Positions 1-13,299 of a stretch of DNA of 64,000 nt are shown piece by piece. The DNA is taken from contig NW_003314274.1 of the NCBI RefSeq assembly GCF_000143415.4, positions 2,586,623 through 2,650,622 on the forward strand, given 5' to 3'. Each line of letters opens with the position of its first letter. The stretch's first letter is position 1. The stretch is from Selaginella moellendorffii (taxonomy: Eukaryota; Plantae; Lycopodiophyta). The notes beneath the pieces were generated by a model that was not told the origin of the DNA, searched no databases, and worked only from the letters and a program-made list of their open reading frames with translations. A program made the translations under genes and the position numbers.

Positions 1-344
1 AAGTTGTGTCTATTAACACATACATACACAACAGTTTATTTAATACTGTCTTATTCCTTCAGAAATGGCTTTTTTAAAAACAGTTCATGGCTTTGTCTGT
101 AAGAAAGTCGAGTAGGCTGCCATGTAGAGCTCCAATCCTTGTTCTCCACCACCTTAGCTGCCATGTACTACGCTGTGGTGATATCTCCTAAAGGTGCTGA
201 TCACCACTTTGTCACGCATGTTTAGTTTGGAAAGATTGTTGTCGAGCTTGAGATCCTGGTGTAAACGAACGTGATCACTCGAGGAAAATGCCCGTGCCCT
301 GTCCAAAAGGACACTCTCCTGGCGTTAGAGAATAACTGAGGATC

Positions 345-974
345 AAACGAAACATACCTCGCCATGTAAGATTGCACTGCCTGAGCAAAGCCAGGCTTGT
401 ACGAGAAGAGCAGCCCACAGAAGAGTTTCCCACCGATGGAGGCTTCTAGCGTGTATCCATAGTTGAATACGTCACTTTCTCTGGCCTCGAACATCTTCTC
501 GCCTAGCGGCTGAACGTGAGCTTGAAACTCTGTAGCATGAGTTTGACAGGGAAAAATTGGAGAGGTCCAAGGTTTTCCGCAGATATTTCCGTGAGATGAA
601 ACCAAGCTCTTGTCCGCATCCCTGTTGCTTGTCTAGCACGAATGGCGTGGCACAATACTCATTGCTGCCTTCTCTTAAGTTCCTTACGCATGGATAGCTT
701 TGGTTCTGATGGATCTTTCTCCCTCAGCATCTCTTCACAGAAAAACGGCAACCATATTGTCAAGAATAGCAGCAATGTCAATAAAAGAAGAAGCCTACCT
801 GTATCAAGGAAATACATGTCATCCAGAGCTTCAAGCTCTTTGTTACATCCCTCATAGACGAATAATATGCCTTGCTCTGCGTCCACAGAATCTCCTGCAA
901 GGGAGAAACCTGGAGAAGGCCTGGAACCAGAGGGATTCAAAGTTGCCCAAACACCAGTCGCTGCAAAATACATA
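345..974 (-). pseudogene. 3' fragment of a plant galactose-oxidase/kelch-repeat protein gene (At1g18610/At1g74150-like)
   Basis: Last kelch repeat WATLNPSGSRPSPGFSLAGD...LFVYEGCNKELEALDDMYFLDT, then KLSMRKELKRR and the C-terminal FEARESDVFNYGYTLEASIGGKLFCGLLFS motif typical of this family. The GG motif is changed to EG, there is a stop/frameshift near 659, and no 5' exons are seen. Confidence 0.65.
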
Positions 975-1340
975 AAAGGCTCATGAGAGACCAACAGGAA
1001 ACAAATCTACCTACAAGCGTGATACTTTTCATGGCTGATTGTTGTATGCCCGGCTCTTGGCATCAGCTCGGCACCAGTCGTCTTTACCTCCCGCCATGCC
1101 ATTGTTTCTGGATTACCACCGTCCTCGTCACCCATGACAACGAAACAGTTCTTATAGGAAGAGCAGGTATGGCTATCCCGAGGAATAGGCGAGACTCCAG
1201 TGGTAGAAATCTTCTTCCAGACAAAAGTATCTGCAGGGGAAAAAGAGTTTAGAAGAAAACAAGGAAAGAAAACAGGATATTACTCGTGTCCAAAACATGG
1301 AGGAGGGATCGCTGGATTTCTCACATCCATGTGTAAGCTG

Positions 1341-1866
1341 TGTATTGCTTACTTGTTGCTTAGTGCTTCAACAGGAATACCGGAGGAGAAGAGACATCTT
1401 GCGACAGGCCAACTATAGGCTCCATGGTTCATGTGGAGTACACAGCCTGATTATGTAGAGGAGCTGTTGATATAAATGTAGAGAAGCTAGGTGACTTTGA
1501 GCTTGAACTGAGCAGTACTTGGCCTTCTCGACACATATGTTACTGTTATGTGTGTTGGTCAGAGTGCTCACTTAGAGCAAAGAGGGAAAGACATTTGCTA
1601 TTTTTTGTAGCCAATCAAGGGTAGGAGACACCTTATATATAATGTAGTATTACAACACAAATACAATTGAATCTGGCACCACTTCACTTAATTTGTCCTC
1701 AGACGTGTGATGCTAATAGTAATTGGATTTGTACAGCACCGTGTCCCTTAAGAGAAACGCATGGTCATCATTACCACTTCTAGAGCTGCTGCTCTGGATC
1801 GCTGCCACCACGTTGAACCACTCAGAAATGGCTCCAAAGTGAGGACCTCATCAATCTCTGCTGCTC
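1341..1866 (+). repeat. Direct duplicate of 26964-27518 (shared Helitron cargo, with minus-strand exon-like pieces)
   Basis: Near-identical sequence tgtattgcttacttgttgcttagtgc...aatctctgctgctc at both sites, with small indels. Confidence 0.9.
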
Positions 1867-1871
1867 GTGGG

Positions 1872-2962
1872 TGAGAAGTACAGGGACGAAAATTTCTTTT
1901 TTTTCTNNNNNNNNNNNNNNNNNNNNNNNNNNNNNNNNNNNNNNNNNNNNNNNNNNNNNNNNNNNNNNNNNNNNNNNNNNNNNNNNNNNNNNNNNNNNNN
2001 NNNNNNACCTGGAACAAACAGGAACTTTAAGCCTCGAAAGAGAATAGCAAAAAGCAAGAGAGTGAAAAACCTTGATTCTAGTCGTGGTTCCAGCCTCGAG
2101 AACCTGGAACAAACAGGGACTTGAGAGACTCGAAAAAAATAGAGCTTAGACCCGACGGCCGTGGAGCTGTGGCTGTCCCGAGGAGAAGTACAGGGACGAA
2201 AATTTCTTTTTTTTCTCTTGGTTCCAGCCTCGAGCACCTGGAACAAACAGGAACTTTAAGCCTCGAAAGAGAATAGCAAAAAGCAAGAGAGTGAAAAACC
2301 TTGATTCTAGTCGTGGTTCCAGCCTCAAGAACCTGGAACAAACAGGGACTTGAGAGACTCGAAAAAAATCAACGGCAGTGGAGCTGTGGCTGTCCCGAGG
2401 AGAAGTACAGGGACGAAAATTTCTTTTTTTTCTCTTGGTTCCAGCCTCGAGCACCTGGAACAAACAGGAACTTTAAGCCTCGAAAGAGAATAGCAAAAAG
2501 CAAGAGAGTGAAAAACCTTGATTCTAGTCGTGGTTCCAGCCTCAAGAACCTGGAACAAACAGGGACTTGAGAGACTCGAAAAAAATCAACGGCAGTGGAG
2601 CTGTGGCTGTCCCGAGGAGAAGTACAGGGACGAAAATTTCTTTTTTTTCTCTTGGTTCCAGCCTCGAGCACCTGGAACAAACAGGAACTTTAAGCCTCGA
2701 AAGAGAATAGCAAAAAGCAAGCGAGTGAAAAACCTTGATTCTAGACGTGGTTCCAGCCTCCAGAACCTGGAACAAACAGGGACTTGAGAGACTTGAAAAA
2801 AATAGAGCTTAGACCCGACGGCTGTGGAGCTGTGGCTTTCCCGAGGAGAAGTACAGGGACGAAAATTTCTTTTTTTTTCTCTTGGTTCCAGCCTCGAGCA
2901 CCTGGAACAAACAGGAACTTTAAGCCTCGAAAGAGAATAGCAAGAGCAAGAGAGTGAAAAAC
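1872..2962. repeat. Tandem repeat with a 217-223 bp unit, at least 4 copies (contains an assembly gap)
   Basis: Identical ORF translations recur at 217/223-bp offsets (2078/2301/2518). Each unit contains two copies of tggttccagcctc.ag.acctggaacaaacagg. Confidence 0.95.
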
Positions 2963-3029
2963 CTGAGCCTTTCAATCGGTAGATCGGTAGCAGCTTCAGA
3001 TCTTCACGTACAGCTGACTGTAGCTCTGA

Positions 3030-3308
3030 GGTGCTCTGCAATGAAGACCGCATCAAACTCACACACACACAGAGGTAGAGAGAGAGAGAGAGAGAGAGAG
3101 AGTACCTTCCCACAAGCGATGATCGACGCTCTCTCCTCGTGCTCACGCGCCCTAAAAGACAATTAAAAGTTTTTATGATCCCAAAAGTCACGACTCCCCA
3201 TTGTTTAATCTCAGCCGTTAGATTTTGGCATATGCCCAGAATAAGTGACGCCAGCATATGCTATTATTATACCGGCTCTTTCGTTTAAATATATGAGTAT
3301 GATGATGA
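3030..3308 (-). mobile_element. Helitron 5' terminus (copy H1, extends leftward)
   Basis: Minus strand reads a-TCA-TCA-TCATACTCATATATTTAAACGAAAG. The ~250-bp subterminal block with a (CA)n/(GA)n tract recurs at 24030, 30700 and 31128/50384. Confidence 0.7.
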
Positions 3309-3377
3309 TAGATATTCTAAAAATGGAATATGTAATGCTGATGCCAAAATAACAAATTTAAATAAAGAGTATGATGA

Positions 3378-3441
3378 TTAGCAGAGACCCCAGCTCTGCT
3401 GGGAGATATATCACTAGCTGGGATCCCAGCTCCGCTGGGAG
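3378..3441 (-). mobile_element. Two stacked Helitron 3' termini (hairpin + CTRR)
   Basis: Hairpins CCCAGC-tct-GCTGGG (3389-3403) and CCCAGC-tcc-GCTGGG (3425-3439). On the minus strand each is followed about 7 nt later by CTAA (3378-3381) or CTAG-T (3414-3417). Confidence 0.75.
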
Positions 3442-5573
3442 AAGGACAAAATATTTTGGGCACATTAAATTTTCAAGCATTTTAGCATCAAGAGTAAGCA
3501 TTTTAAAACAATCCATTGAAAGTTATAGCTGTAAACTCTAGAAAGCAAGGTTTTGTAATTAATCAAAGCTGGCTTCATTTATTCTGCAAGTCTTGTACTT
3601 GAAATGAAAGCAAATGCCCACTTAGAAAGTTCCAAGATTCTAAATTCATCATCCTAGAGATGGAGCATAAAAAATCCATAATCAAAAGTTACAACATCTA
3701 CTTGAAAGCTTGATATCAAGGGAGGTTTCAGGTGTTCTAACATAACCCACGTGGTTTTAGATCAAAGGACCAGGATAAAAAAAAGAAGCATTCAAAAGCT
3801 GGCTTTTTCTTCTAGATTTCTTGTCTGAGTTTTAACCAGTGAAGTTCTACAGAATCTTAGANNNNNNNNNNNNNNNNNNNNNNNNNNNNNNNNNNNNNNN
3901 NNNNNNNNNNNNNNNNNNNNNNNNNNNNNNNNNNNNNNNNNNNNNNNNNNNNNNNNNNNNNCAGTGACTTTCTGTAAAGTGGCAAGAAGAAATTGAAGAG
4001 AGGTGGTGGAAGTTTATTGAGGACCCAAGCGGCTTTATTCTGCTCAATATGGATATTGAGTTCAGTTGGAACACATCAAAGGCAGTCTGGGGGTTCTTCT
4101 CATGGAGGAACTTCTTGCATGCCACAAAGCATTTGGTGTTAAGAAACTGCTAAAAGACTTTTGTGTGGACTGGTAAAGGTCGTGGCACCTAAGACGGCCC
4201 TTATGGGAAGGAGAGCTACAAGCACAGAAATGAGGAGCAGTAATGGCAGACAGGATTCGGTGGATTCCTGGAAGTTTGGAGCTTGGAGGGAGCCAAGAAC
4301 AAGAAATAGTTTGCAAGATGTAAAGCTTGCTATATGCTTCTCAATGAGCACTGAAACAGGAAAAAAAAAAAAAGAAACAACTTGTTAGATCGCTGCATGC
4401 TACACAGTCACATCTGCTGGTTTGATTGCGAAGGACAAGGAGTTCCTAGTGGAGTGGATCTGCAACCAAGCTCCCAGGCAAGTTCCAGAGATGCATTGGC
4501 ATATGCTCGCTTTAGTTGTGGGACCAACAACAACTTCTCAAAGACCAAACACTAAACACTGTAAACAGCGGTTTTGTATAAACAAAAACACTGTTTTTTT
4601 TCTAACAAAACTTTCTAAACGGGAATAAGCCGTTGATTAGAGGGACTTCAAGTTTCAACTTGGTGGTAAGGGCTGTTAAGTCTGAGGTATCAGACTTTTT
4701 TAAATACTAAATCTTAGAACTCTGTAGGTTCTTATAAAAGGAGTCATTTTGGATGTCATTTACTCCATAGAAAGAATTGCAAGGATCCAGCTACGCTAGG
4801 AGAAGCAGAGAATGGCATTGGCTTTGGCGTTGGCATTGTTCAATCTGTTTCTTTTTTATTGCTTTCTGTGAGGAGAGCCAGGCAAGTGTTTGATTACATG
4901 CCCAAAATGACCACTTATGTTGCCAATGCTCTTGTTCATCATGGCCTTCCATTTTATCCATTTTCTCCTCTGGATTATTGAGTCTTTGGTTTTTGGTCAC
5001 CAGAGACAGCCTTTTACTCCAGTCTCAGCATGTTTATTCTATAGTTTGTTTCTAAAACTTGCAGCTTTGATTGCAATCTATGCATTCTACTGCGTTACCT
5101 TATTCTACATTTCATTTTAATCATTTCTCTCCCGCACTGATTTTTTTTCTCATGACCAATTTGAGACACGAAATCACAGTCATCATGCACATTCATGTAT
5201 GATTGAAGGTACTTCAGCACTTTTTTCTTCACAGAAGATTACCCAGCAGTATCAAAAAGTGAAAACCCAGCAGTATCAAAAAGCTCTATAAACTAAACTA
5301 TAAGGATTCAAGTGATCATGAAAGGAAAAGAAAGAGTACACATTTCTCAGTGAACATTGGGGAGAGAGCAACAGACTGAATGAGAGTTTTTTTTTACATT
5401 GCAGGCACAGGAAGCAGACGGTTTTTTTTAAGACTCGTAGAAGCTATTTAGAATCGCTATGTGCAGTTGTAGGNNNNNNNNNNNNNNNNNNNNNNNNNNN
5501 NNNNNNNNNNNNNNNNNNNNNNNNNNNNNNNNNNNNNNNNNNNNNNNNNNNNNNNNNNNNNNNNNNNNNNNNN

Positions 5574-5947
5574 TATGCTAAAATAGCGCCAGACTCCGTT
5601 TAGCTCCGTTTTGCGTGCTGGTCCTGGCATTGGGATGCTGGTTGCTCCAGGACTGTTCCAAGTCGCTCCGGGCCCCTGTCCCTTCACTCCTTGGGCTGTA
5701 TGCTCGGGAGTTGCTCTGTGGTTCGGTTCCATCACTCCTTGGCTCCATGCTTGGGAGTTTGGCACTGTTCGTTCGTTCAATGGCCCAAGGCCCTGAACCT
5801 CGGGTTCCTATGAACACGTGGCATGGACACGTGGCATGTGACACGTGGCATCTGTCACGTGGCACAAAGAGGGTTTAGGTTCCGCTTCGTGGTGTTATCC
5901 TATGGTAAATCACCATAGGATAAAGGGTCAAAACCACGTGCGCTACA
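5574..5947 (+). mobile_element. 3' part of an LTR (family B, ends ...aaaaccacgtgcgctaca); left end hidden in gap
   Basis: Homologous to 35821-36194 and 44055-44430. Not followed by a PBS, so it is a 3' or solo LTR. Confidence 0.85.
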
Positions 5948-6697
5948 GCCAGCTCTAGTTCCCTTAGAGATCGAATGGTTGATGCTCCCAGTCCAAGTGT
6001 GGGTGGCACTACCTACTTGGATACCTGGCGTGGCTCAACGGAACCTCGTTTTAAGCCCATGGCTAGAGCACCCAAAGGTGGAAGGTGGGGAGAATACCCA
6101 TGAGGCTTGCATAGGGCCACGGTGTTCCGAAATGTTGTCCCAAAGTCCTAGATTGTGGAAAGGAAGAGAAGTAGCCCTTTAGTGTGGTGACCAAAGATAC
6201 AGTCACATGGTGAGGAAGTCCCAGAGGATAGTGGGACTTGGTGGTCAGGCATGTGGGCGTTGATCTAGTGGCAGTGTTAGAATACAGCCATGGACAGAAA
6301 GGGACTTGGTGGGGACCAAAAAAGGATATTAAGGAAGGCTATTCCCCATGTCTCCAGGCATCCTAAGGATGTTAGGGAGTGGATCGGGGATGACTACTCA
6401 TGAATGAATGGCCCAATCTTTGAGAGACGGGATTATGATGTAGGTGATGTTGGATCACCAGTGTGACAAAGGTGAACATACATGGCCTTAGCGTAATAGG
6501 CTGATATGTCGGTGGTACCTTTGGGTGTCGGTCATGGGACCGGACATGTGGAGCATTTAGACTAAGTGCAAAAGTTGAGTGGCAGGGATGCCATTCTCAT
6601 GGCTAGCCAACCCCAAGTCCGGAATAGAACTTATGGAGGTTGTGAGTGAGACTCCTCCAAGTGGTCAGAGGTGTGGTTAAGTGACTAAAGTAGAATG
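5948..6697 (+). mobile_element. Truncated, diverged copy of LTR family D
   Basis: Colinear with 39429-39467 + 40150-40864 and lacks the TRIM, so it represents the empty site. Ends in a short duplication gactaaagtagaa-t-gactaaagtagaa. Confidence 0.85.
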
Positions 6698-8139
6698 ACT
6701 AAAGTAGAAAAAGTGTCCACCAGATTATTAGGGAGGCTGAAACACAACAAGCAGTCGTGGAGATGATTGAACACCTCTCCACTATACATAGGTGGACTGA
6801 AAGATGTGAGAACAGAAGTGACAAGTTTGAAAGCCAGTCCTGAGTTTCTGGCCATAGCCGACTACTTGAGATGAAAAACAGAAGGAAAAAGAGCATGCAG
6901 CTCGAAAGCGTTATGAAAAATGCTTTTGAAGCTGCATTTAAGTTACAAGAGGTACGGCATCAATTTATAAAGGCTAAAGATAGCTGGAATTGGGCCATGA
7001 ATCTCCAAATTGGAATGGCTAAGGCCAAGCTCACAAAACAGACCCACCATCTCTCGTCTACAATTAAAGAGCACAACGCTCTTGTAGGTCGCATGCAAAG
7101 GCTAGGAGACGACGTTATGGGACTTATCGTTGCTATTGGAAGATGGTTCTCCGATGCATAATGAGAAAGAAATAGACAGGCTGAACAGACGGATACAGGA
7201 TATAGTAATGAAAATAGAAGAAATGGTAGGAAAAGTTAAACCATGTAGTAAATATTCTTTCGAAGGCACAGAGATGAGGAGGAAAGTTCAAAAGCTAGAA
7301 GGAGCACAACTAAATCCAGTGCGCTCCGTTGAGGAATTAAGAACACTGGTGATCTTGCATTGTCAGCATCAAGCTGGCTTCCAAAGTTTTAACATCACCT
7401 TTCAAAAGTGTGGATGCAAGGCTAGGGGTGGCGGAGGCTTCCATAAAACGGATGAAAGTAGAAAATTTTAACACTAGTGGCAATTAGTCAAATTCGCAAA
7501 GAAAACTAGAAAGCTTGGAGGATCTAATTTTCCACTTTGCTTCTGAGATAGCTAGCGAGATCTGGTACGTAGCCTATGCAAGATGATTTGAAATCAATAG
7601 AGTTCCTTCTTTGTGTTTTTTTTTTTTTCCAGTAATCTGGATATCAAAGTCCAGTAATGCAATTTAGGCGTTAAATCAGCCCTTGAAGGTGCAGCTTTGG
7701 CAGAGAAAAAATGTGGCGTTTCAGGAGGAGAAATTGTTAATGTATTTAGAATGTTTGGAAAGCTGAACGAGCTTAATGTTGGGCAAGCTGATACGACTTC
7801 CAAAGAGAAGACAGTAGGATGCAAGTCATGCTACATACAAACTCCTAAAGAATACTACAAGATAGACATGAAGTCAAAGCGTTTAAATTTTATCGAAAGT
7901 TATGCCGAAACACTATATGAGAGACGACGTTCAAAATCAAACAACAGTGTAAATTTTCTTGAACGACACAATAACGTTGGCCAGCTAAACAACAAAGTTG
8001 GAAATATAAAAGTAAGAGGTGAAAGCTGCCAGCGGACAAGCATTCGCCTTGAGGCTGGTATGTTAGAGAGGAGTGCAACTTAATTCTTTACTCATAATGA
8101 AATTGTGATGTTGATGTTTTATATAAAAGTTGCATTTGA

Positions 8140-10484
8140 TCATGGTGTTGCATCGACCATGCTAGCAATTTTGTCCTTCTTGATGGTTGTCAAATCAGTA
8201 GGGATCACTTCTTGGTCGTTTGATGGAGACGCAAGTGTAGTGTCGCCTTCCAATGGATGATAAAGTGCTAAGTTGTTGCTGCCTGAAGAGTAACGTGAGA
8301 ATGGGCTTAGTTCAAGCCGTCTTCGCAAACCATGAAGTGAGGCATTAGAATGAGCTTGATCAGCAATGAGTACGTCGAGAAAATTGAGCTGACTGAGTGC
8401 CTCAAACAATCGATCTTCAATGTGTTTCGACGGGCACTCTAAATACTTGCCTTGAAGGTGTGCTGCCTCTCTCTCCAGTGCTGCTCTGTGCTTGACGAGT
8501 TTTCTCTGTTTGAAAAAAAAAAAAAAAACACAAAGAGAACTGAGGTCTAACCAGATCCAACAATAACAGTAACCTTATCATGAGGCATCCCTATGTCTTT
8601 CCGTCTTTTGTCTCGTTCGTTCTTTCTATCTACACGAACCTTTCTGCTCCACCATGTAAATACGAAAATGACAGCTAATATGAATCCTATAAATACTGAC
8701 GGTATGCTAATATAATACTCTTTAAACTTCTTATTGGTCATATCTGAAGGTGAGAAGGAAAATAAATTCGATGTTGGAAACGTCTAATTCAGACCTGGGA
8801 GTTGGGGGATTGCCAGATTTCCAACACATGTTGCGGCTGTTGCACGCTCTAGAGATATATATATATATATATTTTTAATCAAATTTAGATAAAGCTATAT
8901 CTTACCTCCAGCTTTGCACGGGCCAGAAGTTGAAACGCCTGCAAGGTAGCACAATGTAATGGCAAACTAATAGTAGAAGAATATGATTGATTTACTTGCT
9001 GCTACTAAGGCAAGAATTAAGCTAGAATCAAAAGTGCATCCGCCCTTTGTTGATAAATCTGCATCAATGTTGCCAGCATTACTTTGTCCCGGACTACAAA
9101 CTCACTTTACCAGGAAGAAAATTCTGCCTTCGATACAGGGTTCCAGTGAAAGGGTCGATTTGCGAGACAAAAACACTCAAGGCGTCGGTGTAAGAAACAA
9201 GTGTCCTAGCACCATAACTAATATATTTGGAAGTGACCTGGACTTGTGCGACGTACAAAGCCCCGCCATTGCATTCAAGATATGGCGGCGCTTGAATAAT
9301 TGAGCTTTTTGACTCTGGTTCCAGATATTTTTAACTTCTTGACCATTGGGAGATATTGCATACAAACAGCCATCAACGGATCCAATAAAAACCCACCCTT
9401 TTGCAAAATGTGTTGTGTGAAATTCTTTTTAGAACTAGTTAAATACCTGTGAGATCAACCCGTGGAAAACAAGTAAGAACGCTCAGTGGTCCAACCTTCA
9501 CTCTCCAAAAGACATCACCGGTTTGTGCATCAAAAGCGTACACCATTTCTTGCGCTACAACTGCAGCATAGACAAGCCCATTGTTGCCAGTCGTTATACC
9601 GGCTTCAGAGGCCTCCCTGTTTAATCCAAAATTGTAGCGCCATCGGATAAATGGCTGCCAGCCAGAAATCGCATATAACCATCCATTCGAGTGTGCTATC
9701 TGCCATGCACCCTTGCACGATTACGCTCTAATTAATATGGCATGACAAAAGAGTGCTTACATATAAACTTCCATCGCACATGTCTACCGCCGGGGAATAA
9801 TGGAAGTAGCAGACACTTGAATTGCTGCTACAAAAATCTGAAAAATCGAAAGACGACTGTTGCCAATTAGAACTATTAACAATGCCCCCCAAACTCCAAC
9901 GGGGTGTGCCTTCAATAGTTACAGCATATAATCCTCCCACTCCACTATTCACATAGAACATGATAGCTGCATCAGTTTGAGAAGCTGCTAATCCAGTAAC
10001 TGGTTTTGAACCAATGCCATGACTTGTAAAGTTGTACAGGAAACTGATAGTGTACTTCTTGGTGGAATAGGAGTATGGCTTAGGGGTGACTATCTGGACA
10101 TTGTTTTGAGCTGCGAGATAAACCTGGAGGGATCTATGAATATAATCAGATTATCTTGTTTTAATGTACCCGTCCAGCACTGTCAATGATAGGAGGAATA
10201 TGGCCCTCGCAAGTTCCACTTCTTAGTGAAGCAGTCCAGTTGAGAGACATGTCTTCATTATAAGAAATCAAGTTCTTTCCAGTACAGATGTAAATCCTCC
10301 CGTCGCTTGCTATAGTAGGAACTCCAGAAATGGATAAAATACGGTTGATGTCTGTCCAATTTTCCATCTGTAAAATGGCACCTGGAAACAATTCACAGAG
10401 CATTCTTCAACTTTTGCCCTCTCGGAGGAAATACCTACGTGTGAAACCAACCAACATAATCGTAAAAATCCAAGCTTTCCCCAT
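8140..10484 (-). CDS. GEX3: GAMETE EXPRESSED 3-like membrane protein (signal peptide, PQQ-type beta-propeller ectodomain, TM, cytoplasmic tail); multi-exon with one frameshift
   Basis: Manual splicing gives MGKAWIFTIMLVGFTR..PTIASDGRIYICTGKNLISY..CYFHYSPAVDMCDGSLY..TTGNNGLVY..AFDAQTGDVFWRVKVGPL..WVFIGSVDGCLYAIS..IIQAPPYLECNGGALYVAQ..DPFTGTLY..TM FILAVIFVFTWWSRK. This matches the GEX3 motif order. GT-AG introns are about 50 bp. There is a 1-nt frameshift at the T5 run 9328-9332. Confidence 0.8.
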
Positions 10485-13299
10485 CCCAAGAACCCTAATG
10501 AGTTGTTACATGCATTCCTTTAGAAGAAAAAATCCAAAAAGTGGAGTGGACGAAAACTAAAATTTTAAATGAAAGAAAAAAGAATGAGACTGATCTATAA
10601 TGACATCCTTTTAATTTGATCATAGTTTCTTTTGTGTCTAGGTTTGTGCTCCTGAACATTCTGTCACGAACCTAGACACATAAGAAAATATCAAAGGAGA
10701 AAGAAACTCGTCAGAATATACAAAAAGAAACTTTATCCTTCAACTAAATTTATAAAGAAGTTTCGCATCTTACTCCATCCAATTTGAAGCCTTCACCTCT
10801 CGCCCAAACCACATTGAGCTCTTTGATTGCTTCACCAGTCTTCTTCTTTTTTACCCCTTGGATATTGCTCCAGAAGCCAAACGAATTTAAAGTCCAGGTG
10901 GTCGAAGGAACACAGGGTACCATAGGGAAAGTAATCAGAGTTGATGAAGATGTGGTCTGTGTCATGACAGAAGATCAGATATTCGTTCTGTTTGAAAGTT
11001 CACCATCTGGGTCGGCTGTTCTACGCTTTTCTACATTGTTCCACGCTTCTTCCTCGAGCTGGATATGGATCAATCTATAGAAGTGCGGCTGAAATGTCTT
11101 GGAGAAGTTCTCACACCATTGAAGGTATCTGCCGGATTTCAATGGAGGAGATCTCGTGCTAAGTGATCTTGTTCTCGTTTGTAAAAATTTATCGACTCTA
11201 TTACTTCCAGCCAATCGACTTTCGGGATCATTCTGACTGACCGATTTATTCTGAACATATGCTGAATCTGAGAAAATTGAACACCGGAAACAGAAACGCA
11301 GTATAGATTTACGAGCCTGTCCACTTGCCACAGGGAGAGTTAGAAAGAACAGAACTCAGGAGACTGCTTGGGCACAGCAGGGTCTTTTGCTGTCGCCATG
11401 TCTGTCATCATCAGCATCTCTGCTTTCAGCGAGACGGTATGTAAGCATGCAACTGAAAAAAGAACCTACATGAGCCGCTACAAATAGTTATAAGATATAG
11501 AATTGAACCAGACTATGAGTCCATTACGACTGGTGAAATCCAAATGCTTTTCATTCTTTTTTTTTTTTTTTGCCCCTTTTCGCCAGATGCAGTGAACCGT
11601 GGTATAGAGAATGTGGACAAGGGGCTGGGGCCGGCAATGTGGTCTACAATTCCAAGAAGATGAAAATATTGTGTCAGTGATATCAACGCCTTTAATCAAA
11701 CTTGCCCACCACCAAGACTCAGGTTTTCTGGATTTTCTTCCTTGATCAGACAAAGAAAATATTCTGAATTCCAAAGAAAGAGGGGAAATATCAACTCGGT
11801 GGAAAAGTGTCATCTGTTACGAAGTAGCTTAAGGTTCCTTTCCACATGATGGTTCTAGAAACCTTTGCAGGCCTCTTGGGAATGCATTGCCAGGGCCATG
11901 GTGTTTCATACGTGTTGGCATTGGTAATAAGAGTGCATGACACTGATTGTTTTGTGGTAAGGCCAGGATGATGGCACTGCTGTGGTATTCAACATTATGG
12001 ATGCATGCCATCTCTAGTTTTTTTCTTTCTAAATAGCTGGTGTTTTTGTGAACATATTCGTGAAGAAGAGGTTAAAGAACTGTGCTAGCCTGTTACTGCC
12101 CAGAATGGGCAAGCCGGGCACAAGCCCAGCAAGTGCATTCTGGGGATAATGAGCATGCATATGTCCTTAACTGGCCTTCATGGGGTAGCCTAAGCTCTGT
12201 TAAGACAGTGACATGTGGCATATTTAATTGGAATATAATAACAGTCCAATCGGTGTTTTTGATATGTTCATGTTCTCCAGAACATGTACTGTTTTGGAGA
12301 ACAATACCGCCACATAAGAAAACCTAAAAAATTATTATATATAATTTTTTTGATTGGCTCTCAACAACCCAATTAACTTAACGGGCGAGAGCCACGCTAT
12401 GAAGCTTGATGATTAAGCCATGTTTGATAAGATGGTAAGCCAATGCTTGATCTCGTGGAACTCAATACTAAGCCGAGCTCACATCCAACACTAGAGTTTT
12501 GTATCCAATCCCAGGAAGAACTCTCAGAGCAGTTTCATATACTGCTGCCAAGTTTACGCTGGGCTGAGAGTGTAAAGCAAAGCACTGATATTCATGGAAA
12601 TCAATCATACTATGGTATAAAAAGTCTGAAATATTCTTTTACCAGAACCAGCTTTGCTTGCCCACATAGATCAGAATTTTGTTGGAGAAAGTAATCTATT
12701 ATATTCAAGGGTCTTGGGAGCTCTGAGCGATTGTGCGGAGCTACAGTGGAGGGCGAATGCATTGCAGCGTGCTAGGGTTTTGTGATTCCAGATCTTCAAG
12801 TTCTCACAGGATTTTGCAGATTCTCGCGCAGCACTCCCGTAACAGCTAGATCTCTCCTCCCTCCTCGCTGCTCCTCCCAGCGCCCGAGCTCAATCGATAG
12901 CTCAATGAGAGGATTTGTTGTACTGTTCTAGTAATGCCACATGTGACGACCTAGAAAAACTCATGTATAATAATTATATATATAATAATAATAATCTCAG
13001 ACGGCCCTCAACAATGCAATCAACTTAAGTGCCATGGGCCAGCCCATGAAGGAGTTCCCAGGTAGGGTGAGCACGTTGTAGTGGTCTTAGAACGGCCAGG
13101 CATGTTGGGTGAGGTCGTGCCCTAGAGCTCACCTAACATGGCTAATCAAGTGAATTAACACTACTAATCTTAGTTCGTTTCAAGGCAAAATTATTTGTAT
13201 ATTCTAACTTTGGGGACTAACCATCATTTTCATTTGGAAAGAATAGGATAAACCATTGGATCACAACATGATGAGGTAATTGAGGCTCTCACCTCTAAG

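Noticed and set aside
1872-2962. CRISPR-like repeat-spacer pattern
   Set aside because: The 'spacers' are themselves repeated, the context is eukaryotic, and there are no cas genes.
6871-8083. Plus-strand ORFs of 96-128 aa
   Set aside because: No recognisable domain or consistent gene model. They may be captured fragments but cannot be called.
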